A stretch of DNA of 20,704 nt from Candidatus Wukongarchaeum yapensis (GCA_016840425.1 JAEOSI010000015.1:1-20704); one strand, 5' to 3'; numbered from the stretch's first letter, positions 1 through 9,516 are shown. Notes: a model not told the origin generated them from the letters alone. A program made the numbers and translations.

Positions 1-2057
1 GCGTTCCTTAGCTCATCTGCAAGGTCCATTGTTTCTATTGTTGGTATTAGCCCTGTAACTATCGCTTCACCTTCTTTTTCAAGTTGTCTTACGTCTATTA
101 CTTGTCCTCTATGTCCTGAAATAAGCTTTGTAGCTTCTCCCATCATGTGGAGTGGTAAGCGCATGTCAACTCTGACTACGGGTTCGTACAAGCGAGGTTC
201 TGCTGTGAGGAAACTCATGTTCAACGCTGAACTAGTCATAGTAAATACTTCACTATATCCTGTATGCGCCGGATCTTCATGAACAAAACAGTCTGTAATG
301 ACAATTTTCAGCCCCATTACGGGTTCTCTTGCAAGAGGTCCTCCTTCAACAAAATCATTAATCACGTTTATTATTGCTTGTTTTAGCCGGTCTAATCTCT
401 GAACTCCGGCAGTCATATTTACTATTACGTTGTTTTTGTATATATCCCAAATGTTTCTTGCTTCTTTCATGTTCCATCCTGCCTCTTCTTTAAGAATTCT
501 TGCCCGTTCTTTTTCTGGTTGATCTGCAGTAACTTTTCTTGTCTTAATTAGTTCAAGGGTCTTTTCATCAAGGGGTTCTACATAACCCTTAATCTTATTA
601 TGCCCATTAGAACTCTTAGTGTGAAACTCTTGACCTCTTTGTTCAACCTTTTCTCTGAAAACGACTACAGGTTCACTCATATTTATAGGCACATGATCGT
701 TTATTCTTCTAGCTAATACTTCTAATTGCAAGGGGTCTATGCCACTAATAATCGTTTTCTTAGTCTCTTTGTCGAAAGTGAATAATAACGTAGGATCTGC
801 CAAGGTCCACATTTTAACTATCTCATCTAATTTAGCTATGTCTTGAGGATTAGCTGCTTCAATTGTACGTGAAACAACAGGCTCTACCGCGTACTTAATC
901 TGCTCAAAAGGCGTTAGTTCTATATTTGAGTCTGAAAACGATTCTCCTGCAGGGCAAATAAAGCCGTATATGCTAAACATGTTCCCTGCTTTAATTTCTG
1001 GCATATCAAGAATATCTGTTACTTCCTGAACCCCAACTCTTTTTACCCTTTGAACGCTTTTTCTCGTAAGCAAACGAACTTCTTGACCTGCTTTTAATGT
1101 TCCACTAAAAACTCTGCCTACAAGAAAAGCCCTCAATCTTTTAGGATCCATTACAACTTTTGCAATAACCCCTAAAAGATCCCCGTTTGGGTCAGTATCA
1201 AGCAAGGCTTTTCCAACTTCTGAATCAAGATCCCCCTTCCAAATAGATGGAATTTTATTTTTTTGTCCTGTTTCAGGATCTGGCAAATGATTAATAACCA
1301 TCTCCAACATTGCTTCATGAAGCGGTAAGGTTTTACGTAACCATTCCTTATCCCCTTCGGCGTATTTCTCAAAAACTATTTCTGGGGTAATATTTTTACG
1401 TTTTAAAACAGGAAAAGTAAAAGCCCATCCGTCTTTCGCACTGCCAACAGCTACAGTCCCTTCTTTAAAATTACTAGTCCATTCTTCAGCAAACTGAGGT
1501 GGGGCTACTCTACGTATATAATCATTAACCCCCCTGATTATGGTATCCAAACGCTCATAAGCCGCTTTAGGAGATAATCTAAGCTCAGAAATAAGCCTAT
1601 CCGCTTTATTGATGAACAAAACCGGTTTACACCCTTCTGCACCCACAGAGAGCCTAATATTGGTTTCTGTTTGAGTTAAAATTCCCTCCACTGCACAAAC
1701 TACAAGCACAACCCCATCAGAACAACGCAAAGCCCTTGAAACTTCACCGGTCCAACTAATATGCCCTGGCGTATCATTAACTTCGAGCAAGTATGCCTTA
1801 CCATCATACTCAAACCCTAAATTAATTACGCTACCAAAAATTGTTAACTTTCGTTCCTTTTCGATAACATCCCAATTTGTTAGCAGCTTCCTTCCTGCTT
1901 CTGTATCCGCCATTAACCCTGCTTTGCTCAGCAAATAATCTGTTATTGAGGTTTTTCCATGATGTATATGAGCTACAATGGAGAAAATTCTCCTATTTTC
2001 CATAGGGGTGTTAGCAAACATATCTCTTAGTTCTTCTGGGTCTTTTAATTTCACCAT
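1..2057 (-). CDS. fusA: Elongation factor 2 homolog with HTG diphthamide loop and altered G motifs; 3' end runs off the window
   Basis: Hand translation from ATG at 2057 (GAGGTGG SD upstream): MVKLKDPEELRDMF..IVAHIHHGKTSITDYLL..EKERKLTIF..NDTPGHISWTGEVSRALRCSDG..FINKAD..SGIDPLQLE..GGPLAREP..HEDPAHTGYSE..LYEP. 685 codons lie inside the window with no stop seen. Confidence 0.95.
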   Translation of the reverse strand, partial: MVKLKDPEELRDMFANTPMENRRIFSIVAHIHHGKTSITDYLLSKAGLMADTEAGRKLLTNWDVIEKERKLTIFGSVINLGFEYDGKAYLLEVNDTPGHISWTGEVSRALRCSDGVVLVVCAVEGILTQTETNIRLSVGAEGCKPVLFINKADRLISELRLSPKAAYERLDTIIRGVNDYIRRVAPPQFAEEWTSNFKEGTVAVGSAKDGWAFTFPVLKRKNITPEIVFEKYAEGDKEWLRKTLPLHEAMLEMVINHLPDPETGQKNKIPSIWKGDLDSEVGKALLDTDPNGDLLGVIAKVVMDPKRLRAFLVGRVFSGTLKAGQEVRLLTRKSVQRVKRVGVQEVTDILDMPEIKAGNMFSIYGFICPAGESFSDSNIELTPFEQIKYAVEPVVSRTIEAANPQDIAKLDEIVKMWTLADPTLLFTFDKETKKTIISGIDPLQLEVLARRINDHVPINMSEPVVVFREKVEQRGQEFHTKSSNGHNKIKGYVEPLDEKTLELIKTRKVTADQPEKERARILKEEAGWNMKEARNIWDIYKNNVIVNMTAGVQRLDRLKQAIINVINDFVEGGPLAREPVMGLKIVITDCFVHEDPAHTGYSEVFTMTSSALNMSFLTAEPRLYEPVVRVDMRLPLHMMGEATKLISGHRGQVIDVRQLEKEGEAIVTGLIPTIETMDLADELRN

Positions 2058-2207
2058 TAGCAACCACCTCTCTTTACCATAAATAATTGAAAAGATAAGA
2101 AAAAATGATCTTATTTTTATTTATTTAACCTTAATTTTTTTAATATAATATCTTTACATTAACCTTTCCATAATTATCAAAAAAAATATAATAACCTAAA
2201 ATGATAA

Positions 2208-2459
2208 TTAGGATGCAGCAACTCCTTTATAAATCCTGCATATCAACGTGTCTAATTCTTCGTTGTTTTGGTCCTTTTCAAATTCGAAGAACCAACCTTT
2301 TTCTTCTAAAATAGTCTCTATCATTTCCCGTAGTTCTGCTCTTTCTGGGGATTGTGGCAATTCAAGTTCTTCAAAGACGTCAAACTTTGAAATAGCGTCT
2401 AGGCATGTTTCTATAGTGTCTATCTTGATCTTTTTTCTATCTTTTTCTGCCAAAACCAT
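2208..2459 (-). CDS. Small acidic hypothetical protein (83 aa)
   Basis: ATG start with a purine-rich upstream stretch, E/K-rich helical composition, fills the gap between the two EF-2 genes. No family recognised. Confidence 0.6.
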   Translation of the reverse strand: MVLAEKDRKKIKIDTIETCLDAISKFDVFEELELPQSPERAELREMIETILEEKGWFFEFEKDQNNEELDTLICRIYKGVAAS

Positions 2460-2571
2460 TAGTTATCCCAACCATTACTTATCCCCTTACTTATCCCAAC
2501 AATATATAAAATTGTCTCAATAATATTTACTCTTAATGATCTATCAAGTTTTTTATTTTTAAAGGAGTACT

Positions 2572-5337
2572 TTGAGATTGTCTTCTAAAATCAGACGGCT
2601 TGTAGACGATATAAATAAGATTATGCTTTTTAAAGAAAACATTCGTAATTTCTGCATATGTTCCCATGTTGATCATGGAAAATGTGTTTCTGGTGATTCA
2701 AAAGTTTATGTTAATGGTCAATGGGAGAAAGCTTCTGTACTTTTTGAATCCTTTAAACAATCTCCGATAATTTTTTCTGGTAAAAATGAAACAGTTTTAG
2801 ATGTTTCTTCAAAAGGTTTGCGCACCATATCTCTAGATGTTTCTACTGGATGCATTTTGTGGAAACCCATAACCTATATCTGGCGATTAAAATATGATTC
2901 TAATTTGATTGAAGTTTCATTAGGGAATGGAAGAAAAGTAAAAGTTACTCCTGAGCACAAATTTTTAGTTTTAAACGGTAATAAAATCATAGAAAAAAAT
3001 GCAAAGAATCTGAAAAAAGGAGATTATATAATTGTGCCTAATACGTTGCATGTAACTCCCAATGATCCTGATTTTATTTCTAAAACAATTCCACTTAATA
3101 GCAAAGATATATGTTTTGAAAAAGTGGTTTCAAAAAGTTTAATGTTTGAAAATTATGTTTATGATTTTTCTGTTCCTGATACTCATAATTTAGTTGTGGA
3201 AGGATTTTTCGTACATAATACAACCCTCGCTGACAATTTGTTAGTTGCTGCTGGTCTACTTTCACCAAATGTTGCGGGAAAGGCTCTTGCTCTAGATTAT
3301 TTGGAAGAAGAACAAAAAAGAGGTATAACGATAAAAACAGCTATAATATCTCTTTTACATAAAATCGGCAATAAATCTTACATACTTAATCTGATAGATA
3401 CCCCCGGTCATATTGATTTTAGTGGAAAAGTAACAAGGGCACTGCGAATAATTGACGGTGCAGTAGTAGTTGTAGATGCTTTAGAAGGAATTATGGTTCA
3501 GACAGAAATTGTTACAGAACAAGCGTTAAATGAATGTGTAAAACCTGTACTATTTATTAACAAATTAGACCGTCTTATCCGCGAGTTAAAACTATCTCCC
3601 AAAGAAATCCAAAAACGTTTAAGTTCTATAATTAGCGACTTTAATGGCATCATCGATTCTTATGCAGAGCCAAAATTCATTAAATTATGGAAAGTTAAAC
3701 CTGCTGCAGGATCTGTGACTTTTGGTTCAGCTCTTCATAGGTGGGGTTTTACATTACCAATTGCTAAAGAAAAAGGTGTAAAATTTTCAGACATAATTCA
3801 GTTTTATGCCCAAAATAATGGGTTTTTAAAGCTTAGCACTTTGCTTCCTCTTCATTCTGCTGTACTTGATATGATTGTTAATCATCTTCCTTCTCCTACG
3901 GAGGCTCAGGCTTATCGTATACCTAAACTTTGGCATGGTGACCTTTCTAGTGAAATCGGTCAAGCCATGCTTAAATGTGATTCAAGTTCTCCTCTTGTCA
4001 TTGTTATAAATCATTCTTACATTGATCCTTTAGTTAAAAGTGTTATTTGTATGGGGCGAATTTTTTCTGGTGTTGTCCATGTTGGCGATAAGGTGTTTAT
4101 TCTTTCTAAAAAGAAACGGAACAGAGTTCATCAAGTAAGCATGTTTATGGGTGAAAATCGCATTGTTGTAGACGAGGTTTCTACTGGTAATATAGTGGCT
4201 CTTCTGGGTCTTGAAGAAGCACGTCCTGGGGATACTGTTTGTGATTTATCTATAGCGGATTCTATGGTTCCTTTTGAGTTAATAAAATATGTGAGTGAAC
4301 CTGTTGTCACAGTTGCTATAGAACCTTTAAATCCGAAAGGTTTACCCAAAATGATTGAAATAATGGAAAAAAATCTTGTTATTGAAGATCCTAATCTCAA
4401 AGTTTCTATTAATAAAGAGACCGGAGAATACCTTTTAAGCGGTATAGGCGAGTTGCATCTTGAAATAGCAGCAAAGAAAATTATAGAACATGGCATAGAT
4501 GTTTCAATTTCTCCTCCAATTGTTTCATTTAGGGAAAGCATTACGCAAAAAACTCCTCATCCCATTGTTGTTAAGAGCCCTAATCATTATAATGAAATGT
4601 CTTTGATAGTTGAACCTCTCGAGGAAAAAATTGTAGACTTAATAATTAACACGGGTATAAATGGTCCTTTTACAGAAAAAGAATCGCCGAAATTGGTAGG
4701 AGACTTTATCGATAAAACTTTCCTTGATTTAAGGAAAATTTTGGGATTATCTGCTACAGGAAATATCTTGCTTTTAGATTTTGAAAATTCTCAACTTTTG
4801 TCTGATGTTAAAGATTCCATAGTATCCGGATTTTTGCAAGCTTGTAATTCTGGTCCTTTATGCGAAGAATCTCTTCGCGGGATAAAAATTTTGGTCAAAA
4901 ACTTAAATTATGCTGATGTTATTCAAAAACGGGGAAGTGAAATCGTTCATATGGTTAAAAATGCTATATGGGATGCAATAATCTCATCTGGTCCATCACT
5001 ATTAGAGCCTATTTATAAAATAACGATACGTCTTACTCGTGATTTCATTGGAAAGGTTAAACATGTTCTCTCTAAAAGGAGAGGAACTATTCATAGTATT
5101 AAAGAAAAACCTCCTGTTTTCATTATAACCGGGTTTATACCTGTGGCTGATACCTTTAATTTAGCTTCAGAATTAAGAAGTGAAACTAGTGGAACCGCTC
5201 TTTGGCAAATGAAACTTGATCATTGGGCTTTTGTCCCTAAAAACAAGTTAAAAAACCTCATACTTGAAATTAGGCAACGAAAAGGCCTCTACCCTGACTT
5301 TCCAGAAACTCCGATATTTCTTGATAATATTGAATAA
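2572..5337 (+). CDS. fusA: Elongation factor 2 paralog (aEF-2p-like), intein-containing precursor of 921 aa, about 742 aa after splicing
   Basis: TTG start after AAGGAG. Motifs SHVDHGK/TT, EEEQKRGITIK, DTPGHIDF, NKLD, SGIGELHLE, GPLCEE..LLEP. KRG replaces the HRG diphthamide motif. Confidence 0.95.
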   Translation: MRLSSKIRRLVDDINKIMLFKENIRNFCICSHVDHGKCVSGDSKVYVNGQWEKASVLFESFKQSPIIFSGKNETVLDVSSKGLRTISLDVSTGCILWKPITYIWRLKYDSNLIEVSLGNGRKVKVTPEHKFLVLNGNKIIEKNAKNLKKGDYIIVPNTLHVTPNDPDFISKTIPLNSKDICFEKVVSKSLMFENYVYDFSVPDTHNLVVEGFFVHNTTLADNLLVAAGLLSPNVAGKALALDYLEEEQKRGITIKTAIISLLHKIGNKSYILNLIDTPGHIDFSGKVTRALRIIDGAVVVVDALEGIMVQTEIVTEQALNECVKPVLFINKLDRLIRELKLSPKEIQKRLSSIISDFNGIIDSYAEPKFIKLWKVKPAAGSVTFGSALHRWGFTLPIAKEKGVKFSDIIQFYAQNNGFLKLSTLLPLHSAVLDMIVNHLPSPTEAQAYRIPKLWHGDLSSEIGQAMLKCDSSSPLVIVINHSYIDPLVKSVICMGRIFSGVVHVGDKVFILSKKKRNRVHQVSMFMGENRIVVDEVSTGNIVALLGLEEARPGDTVCDLSIADSMVPFELIKYVSEPVVTVAIEPLNPKGLPKMIEIMEKNLVIEDPNLKVSINKETGEYLLSGIGELHLEIAAKKIIEHGIDVSISPPIVSFRESITQKTPHPIVVKSPNHYNEMSLIVEPLEEKIVDLIINTGINGPFTEKESPKLVGDFIDKTFLDLRKILGLSATGNILLLDFENSQLLSDVKDSIVSGFLQACNSGPLCEESLRGIKILVKNLNYADVIQKRGSEIVHMVKNAIWDAIISSGPSLLEPIYKITIRLTRDFIGKVKHVLSKRRGTIHSIKEKPPVFIITGFIPVADTFNLASELRSETSGTALWQMKLDHWAFVPKNKLKNLILEIRQRKGLYPDFPETPIFLDNIE
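2683..3219 (+). other. Mini-intein (179 aa, no homing endonuclease) in the EF-2 P-loop
   Basis: Interrupts HVDHGK|TT. Begins with Cys (CVSGDSKV), block B TPEH, block F VYDFSV, C-terminal VHN followed by Thr+1. No LAGLIDADG motif. Confidence 0.95.
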
Positions 5338-5422
5338 TATTGTTTATTTTTCTTTTTTCTTTGAAAATCTTTAATGATTTTAGAAATACCGATTTTTGGT
5401 ATTTTAGAAAACATGCACAAAC

Positions 5423-5430
5423 TTATAAAA
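5423..5430 (+). promoter_or_regulatory. Putative TATA box upstream of eno
   Basis: TTATAAAA preceded by A-rich ACAAAC, about 50 nt before the eno ATG. Position-based guess in AT-rich DNA. Confidence 0.4.
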
Positions 5431-5478
5431 GACAAAACTTTCCTTAATTTTGAAAAATATTTTCCAAGGGGTCTTTAA

Positions 5479-6792
5479 ATGAAAATTAAGAAGGTTTATG
5501 CGCGACAAATTCTTGACTCAAGAGGAAATCCCACTGTAGAAGTTGAAGTTGTTTTAGATAAAGGAATAGTGGGTAGGGCCGCAGTTCCAAGTGGTGCTAG
5601 TACTGGAACTCATGAAGCTTTAGAGTTCCGTGATGGTGACAAATCAAAATATCATGGTAAAGGTGTTCAAAAAGCTATAAAAAACATTCATGAACTTATA
5701 ACGCCCAAAATTTTAGAAAAGGAGGCTCAAAATCAATCAGAAATTGATAATATAATGATTGATCTTGACGGAACCCAAAATAAAAGTGTTTTAGGCGCTA
5801 ATGCTATTTTAGGTGTTAGTTTGGCTGTTTCAAGGGCTGCAGCTAAAGCCCAAAATATCCCATTATATGAACATGTTAGAAAAATAGCCGGTTTGCCTCT
5901 TGACGGTTACTTGCTGCCGGTCCCGCTAAGTAATGTTATAAATGGAGGAAAACATGCTGGATCCAATCTTGCTATACAAGAGTTCATGCTAGTTCCTATA
6001 GGCTTTCTTAACATGTTTGAGGGTGTTAGAGGTGTTTGTGAAGTATACCAGCAGTTGAAAGATACTATTAAGCAAAAATATGGTAAAATCGCGGTTAATG
6101 TGGGTGATGAGGGCGGTTTTGCTCCTCCTATGAATACTTCCATTGAAGCATTAGAAACTCTTGTTAATGGAGTAGAAGCTACAGGCTATACTCCTGGTAA
6201 AGATTTTCATTTTGCCCTCGATTCTGCCGCTTCGGAGTTTTATGATAAAAAAACTAGGAAGTATCTTATAGATGGGAAGTCTCTTCCTAAGGAAGAACTG
6301 ATAGATTATTATTTAGAATTAGCTGATCTTTTTCCAGTTAAAATCTTTGAAGATCCTTTTGAAGAAGATGATTTTGAAATATTTGCTGAATTTACGAAAA
6401 AAATAGGGGATAGAGCTCAAATAGTGGGTGATGATTTATTTGTGACAAACATAGGACGTTTAAAAAACGGTATACAGTTGAATGCTTGCAATGCCCTTCT
6501 TTTGAAAGTCAATCAAATAGGTAGTTTAACAGAAGCTATTGAAGCTGCAAAATTATCTTTTGAAAATAATTATTCTGTCGTAGTAAGCCACAGGTCTGGA
6601 GAAACAGAAGATCCTTATATTGCCGACTTATCCGTAGCCTTATGCTGTGGTCAAATAAAGCTGGGTGCTCCTGCAAGAAGCGAACGTACGGCGAAGTACA
6701 ATCAACTTTTACGGATTGAAGAACAATTAGGCAGTAGGAGAGAATATAGTGGAAAATTCTATAGAACTGCATGGAAAAAATATAACTCATAA
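5479..6792 (+). CDS. eno: Enolase
   Basis: DSRGNPTVEVEV, VPSGASTG, GDEGGFAP, LLKVNQIGSLTE, VSHRSGETED, RSERTAKYNQLLRIEE. Confidence 0.99.
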   Translation: MKIKKVYARQILDSRGNPTVEVEVVLDKGIVGRAAVPSGASTGTHEALEFRDGDKSKYHGKGVQKAIKNIHELITPKILEKEAQNQSEIDNIMIDLDGTQNKSVLGANAILGVSLAVSRAAAKAQNIPLYEHVRKIAGLPLDGYLLPVPLSNVINGGKHAGSNLAIQEFMLVPIGFLNMFEGVRGVCEVYQQLKDTIKQKYGKIAVNVGDEGGFAPPMNTSIEALETLVNGVEATGYTPGKDFHFALDSAASEFYDKKTRKYLIDGKSLPKEELIDYYLELADLFPVKIFEDPFEEDDFEIFAEFTKKIGDRAQIVGDDLFVTNIGRLKNGIQLNACNALLLKVNQIGSLTEAIEAAKLSFENNYSVVVSHRSGETEDPYIADLSVALCCGQIKLGAPARSERTAKYNQLLRIEEQLGSRREYSGKFYRTAWKKYNS

Positions 6793-6975
6793 CAGGAAAT
6801 ATAAGTAAAAAAAGTTTCTGCTTTTTTATTTTCAATATCTTTTTTTCAGTTTTTACCCCCCCTCTGCCCTCTCTTTTATATTCTCCTTATCTTTTCTATT
6901 CTTTAGTTATTTTATTTTTTCAACTGTTTTATAGCAGGGTTATTAATTAAAAAATTAATTTTGAGGAGGTTTTGT

Positions 6976-8199
6976 GTGGGCATCAATATAGTTGAAGAGG
7001 AGTTGGGTCGTAAATCTGTTTTTATGAATGAAGAAAAACTTTCAACGGATTATGTTCCCTCTCATTTAATACACAGGGATGCAGAATTACGCCAATTAGC
7101 CCAATTTTTTCGAGTTCTAATGCAGGCTCCTGGCACGTGTAGCAAAACTGTTTCTATTTTAGGGGCTGTTGGTACTGGAAAAACTGCTATTGCAAAAAGA
7201 TTTGGTGCTTTCTTAGAAGAAAGTGCTAGTCTCAGAAATATTAACTTGAAGTATATACATATCAACTGTAGAAAACAAAAAACTAACACTTTAATACTCA
7301 CTACAATCATAAGGAATTTTAGCCCTAATATTCCACTTAGAGGTTTTTCAACAGCCGAACTTTTATACCTTCTTAACGAAGTTTTAGAGAAAAACAATGT
7401 CTTTCTACTTTTAGTTCTCGATGAAGCAGATTATTTGTTACGAAAAAATAATAGTGCCGATTTTATCTATGATCTTATTAGATTAAATGATGATAAATTA
7501 AACGCGATTCAACGGATTTCTCTCATAGTAATAGGCAAAACCATAAATTATTACAACCTTTTTGATATTAGCACCCTTAGCACTTTTCAAAAAAACATAA
7601 TAAGCCTAAACAAATATGCCATAAATCAGCTTAAAGATATTTTATGGGCTAGGATAGAAGAAGCTTTTTATGAGGGAACCGTTCTCTCTGAAACGGTAGA
7701 TTTAATTGCAGATATCGCTTCACAATGGGGTGATGCTCGTCTAGCCTTAGATTTATTATGGCGTGCTGGTAAATACGCCGATAAAAATTTTGAATTAAAA
7801 ATAGCCCCTGAACATGCTCGTAAGGCGAAAGGCGATATATACCCCGTAATAAGGCAAGAAACGGTTAAGACTCTTTCAAAACAACAACTCTTAACCTTAT
7901 TATCAATCGCAAGAACACTAAAAAAAGAAAATAAAGCCTATATCACCATGGGCGACTTGGAAGAAGTTTATACAGTTATTTGTGAGGAATATGAGGAAAA
8001 ACCAAGGGTCCACACTCAGCTTTGGGAATACATCAAAGAACTTGAAATGGAAAGCATTATTGCAACAAAAATCTCTTCAAAAGGATATCGAGGAAAAACC
8101 ACTTTAATCACCATAGCTGACGCTCCTGCAAAAATAGTTGAAAAGAAAATAGAAACAATTTTGGATAAATATTCCGAGAAACAATTAAAAAAAACCTAA
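6976..8199 (+). CDS. cdc6: Orc1/Cdc6 replication initiator
   Basis: DYVP..HRD, Walker A GAVGTGKT, INC, Walker B LVLDEAD, sensor-2 GDAR, C-terminal winged helix. Start moved to GTG 6976 after SD GAGGAGG (ORF track gives TTG 6961). Confidence 0.95.
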   Translation: MGINIVEEELGRKSVFMNEEKLSTDYVPSHLIHRDAELRQLAQFFRVLMQAPGTCSKTVSILGAVGTGKTAIAKRFGAFLEESASLRNINLKYIHINCRKQKTNTLILTTIIRNFSPNIPLRGFSTAELLYLLNEVLEKNNVFLLLVLDEADYLLRKNNSADFIYDLIRLNDDKLNAIQRISLIVIGKTINYYNLFDISTLSTFQKNIISLNKYAINQLKDILWARIEEAFYEGTVLSETVDLIADIASQWGDARLALDLLWRAGKYADKNFELKIAPEHARKAKGDIYPVIRQETVKTLSKQQLLTLLSIARTLKKENKAYITMGDLEEVYTVICEEYEEKPRVHTQLWEYIKELEMESIIATKISSKGYRGKTTLITIADAPAKIVEKKIETILDKYSEKQLKKT

Positions 8200-8229
8200 C
8201 AATATCAAAATAACTTTAAACTTATTTAA

Positions 8230-9516
8230 CGAGAAGTCTCCTTCTGCGAGGGAGGGGATGAATCACGGTGTTTATAAAAGTTTTTAGGAAACTCAAGGTA
8301 GATAAAAATGATAAGTTACAAATTTGGGCTGTATCCAAACCAAGAGCAAGAAAAAAGACTGTTAGAAGTTCTTGATAGGTGTAGGTTTGTCTACAATCAA
8401 ATGTTAGAGGGTTTAAACAAGCAGGAGGGTAAGCCTAATAGGTTGGAGTTGCAAAACTCCATTCCAGAGCTAAAAGAAAAGCATCCAGAGCTGGAAGAAG
8501 TTTACTCTAAAGTTCTCCAATATGAATCGTACAGGTTGTTCTCAAATCTGAGAGGTTTGGCAAGGTTGAAGAAGAACGGTAAAAAAGTAGGGAAACTTAG
8601 ATTTAAGAGTAAAGGATGGTTTAAAACTTTTACATATAATCAGAGCGGGTTTAAAATCATAGAGACTGGTAAGAGACATGACCTGTTACATTTATCGAAG
8701 ATTGGGGATATAAAGATTAGGATGCATAGAACAGTGGAAGGGAAGAAAATAAAACAGGTAACAATAAAGAGATATTGTTCTGGTAAATGGTATGCTTTAA
8801 TTTGTTGTGAACAGACTATACCCGTTAAAAAAGGGGTTGAGAAGAAAGTTGTAGGAATTGATATGGGAATAATCCACTATGTTACCGATATTTGTGGCAG
8901 GCAAATAGAAAACCCTCTTTACCTGAACAAATATTTTAAAAATTTGAGAAAAATACAACGAAAACTATCTAAGAAAAAGAAAGGCTCTAACAACTATCAG
9001 AAACAGAAGATAAGAGTTGCAAAAATGTATGAAAGAATCAAAAATCAGAGGGATGATTTCTTACACAAACTGTCAAGATTTTATGTCCAAAATTATGATT
9101 TTATAGCCGTAGAAAAACTAAACGTAAACGGTTTGATAAGGATTAGTTATAATGCTCGTAACATGATGGATTCCTCTTGGAAAAGATTCACGCAATTTTT
9201 GTCTTATAAGGCTGAAAGAGCTGGTAAGACGGTTTTAGAGGCGGATCCGGGAGGAACTTCACAAGAGTGTTATAAATGCGGTAAAGAAGTAAAGAAAAGT
9301 TTGGCTGTAAGAACCCATAAATGCCCTTACTGTGGTTTAGAAATTGGCAGAGACTACAACTCCGCGTTTGTTGTCTTGAAAAGAGGTTTAGAAGAAGTGT
9401 TAGGGCAGGGACTGTCCGAATTTACGCCTGGGGAGACAGAACCTCTACCGAGAGAAATCTCAGCAAGTTCAGTCGTTGAACCAGGAAACTCCCCCCGATA
9501 GGGAGGAGTAGTTCAC
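8230..9516 (+). mobile_element. IS200/IS605-family (IS1341-like) tnpB-only element
   Basis: Left subterminal hairpin CTCCTTC-tgc-GAGGGAG (8238-8254) after TTTAA (8225-8229). Right hairpin CTCCC..GGGAG (9489-9505) followed by GAGTAGTTCAC. Only tnpB lies inside, no tnpA. Exact ends are inferred. Confidence 0.85.
8308..9501 (+). CDS. tnpB: TnpB RNA-guided endonuclease
   Basis: N-terminal YKFGLYP..Q HTH, RuvC-I GIDMG, RuvC-II AVEKL, zinc finger CYKCG..CPYCG, RuvC-III RDYNSA. Confidence 0.96.
   Translation: MISYKFGLYPNQEQEKRLLEVLDRCRFVYNQMLEGLNKQEGKPNRLELQNSIPELKEKHPELEEVYSKVLQYESYRLFSNLRGLARLKKNGKKVGKLRFKSKGWFKTFTYNQSGFKIIETGKRHDLLHLSKIGDIKIRMHRTVEGKKIKQVTIKRYCSGKWYALICCEQTIPVKKGVEKKVVGIDMGIIHYVTDICGRQIENPLYLNKYFKNLRKIQRKLSKKKKGSNNYQKQKIRVAKMYERIKNQRDDFLHKLSRFYVQNYDFIAVEKLNVNGLIRISYNARNMMDSSWKRFTQFLSYKAERAGKTVLEADPGGTSQECYKCGKEVKKSLAVRTHKCPYCGLEIGRDYNSAFVVLKRGLEEVLGQGLSEFTPGETEPLPREISASSVVEPGNSPR

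Noticed and set aside
6793-6975. Possible replication origin upstream of cdc6 (AT-rich, C7 run at about 6856-6862 reading as a G-string on the minus strand)
   Set aside because: No TCCAGTGGAAA-like ORB core and no repeated ORBs found. It cannot be excluded without a lineage-specific motif.
1172-7397. ORF-track entries 1172-1372, 2248-2523, 4131-4541, 5907-6143, 6536-6835 and 7062-7397
   Set aside because: Alternative-frame or antisense shadows of the EF-2 genes, the 83-aa ORF, eno and cdc6, with no motifs.
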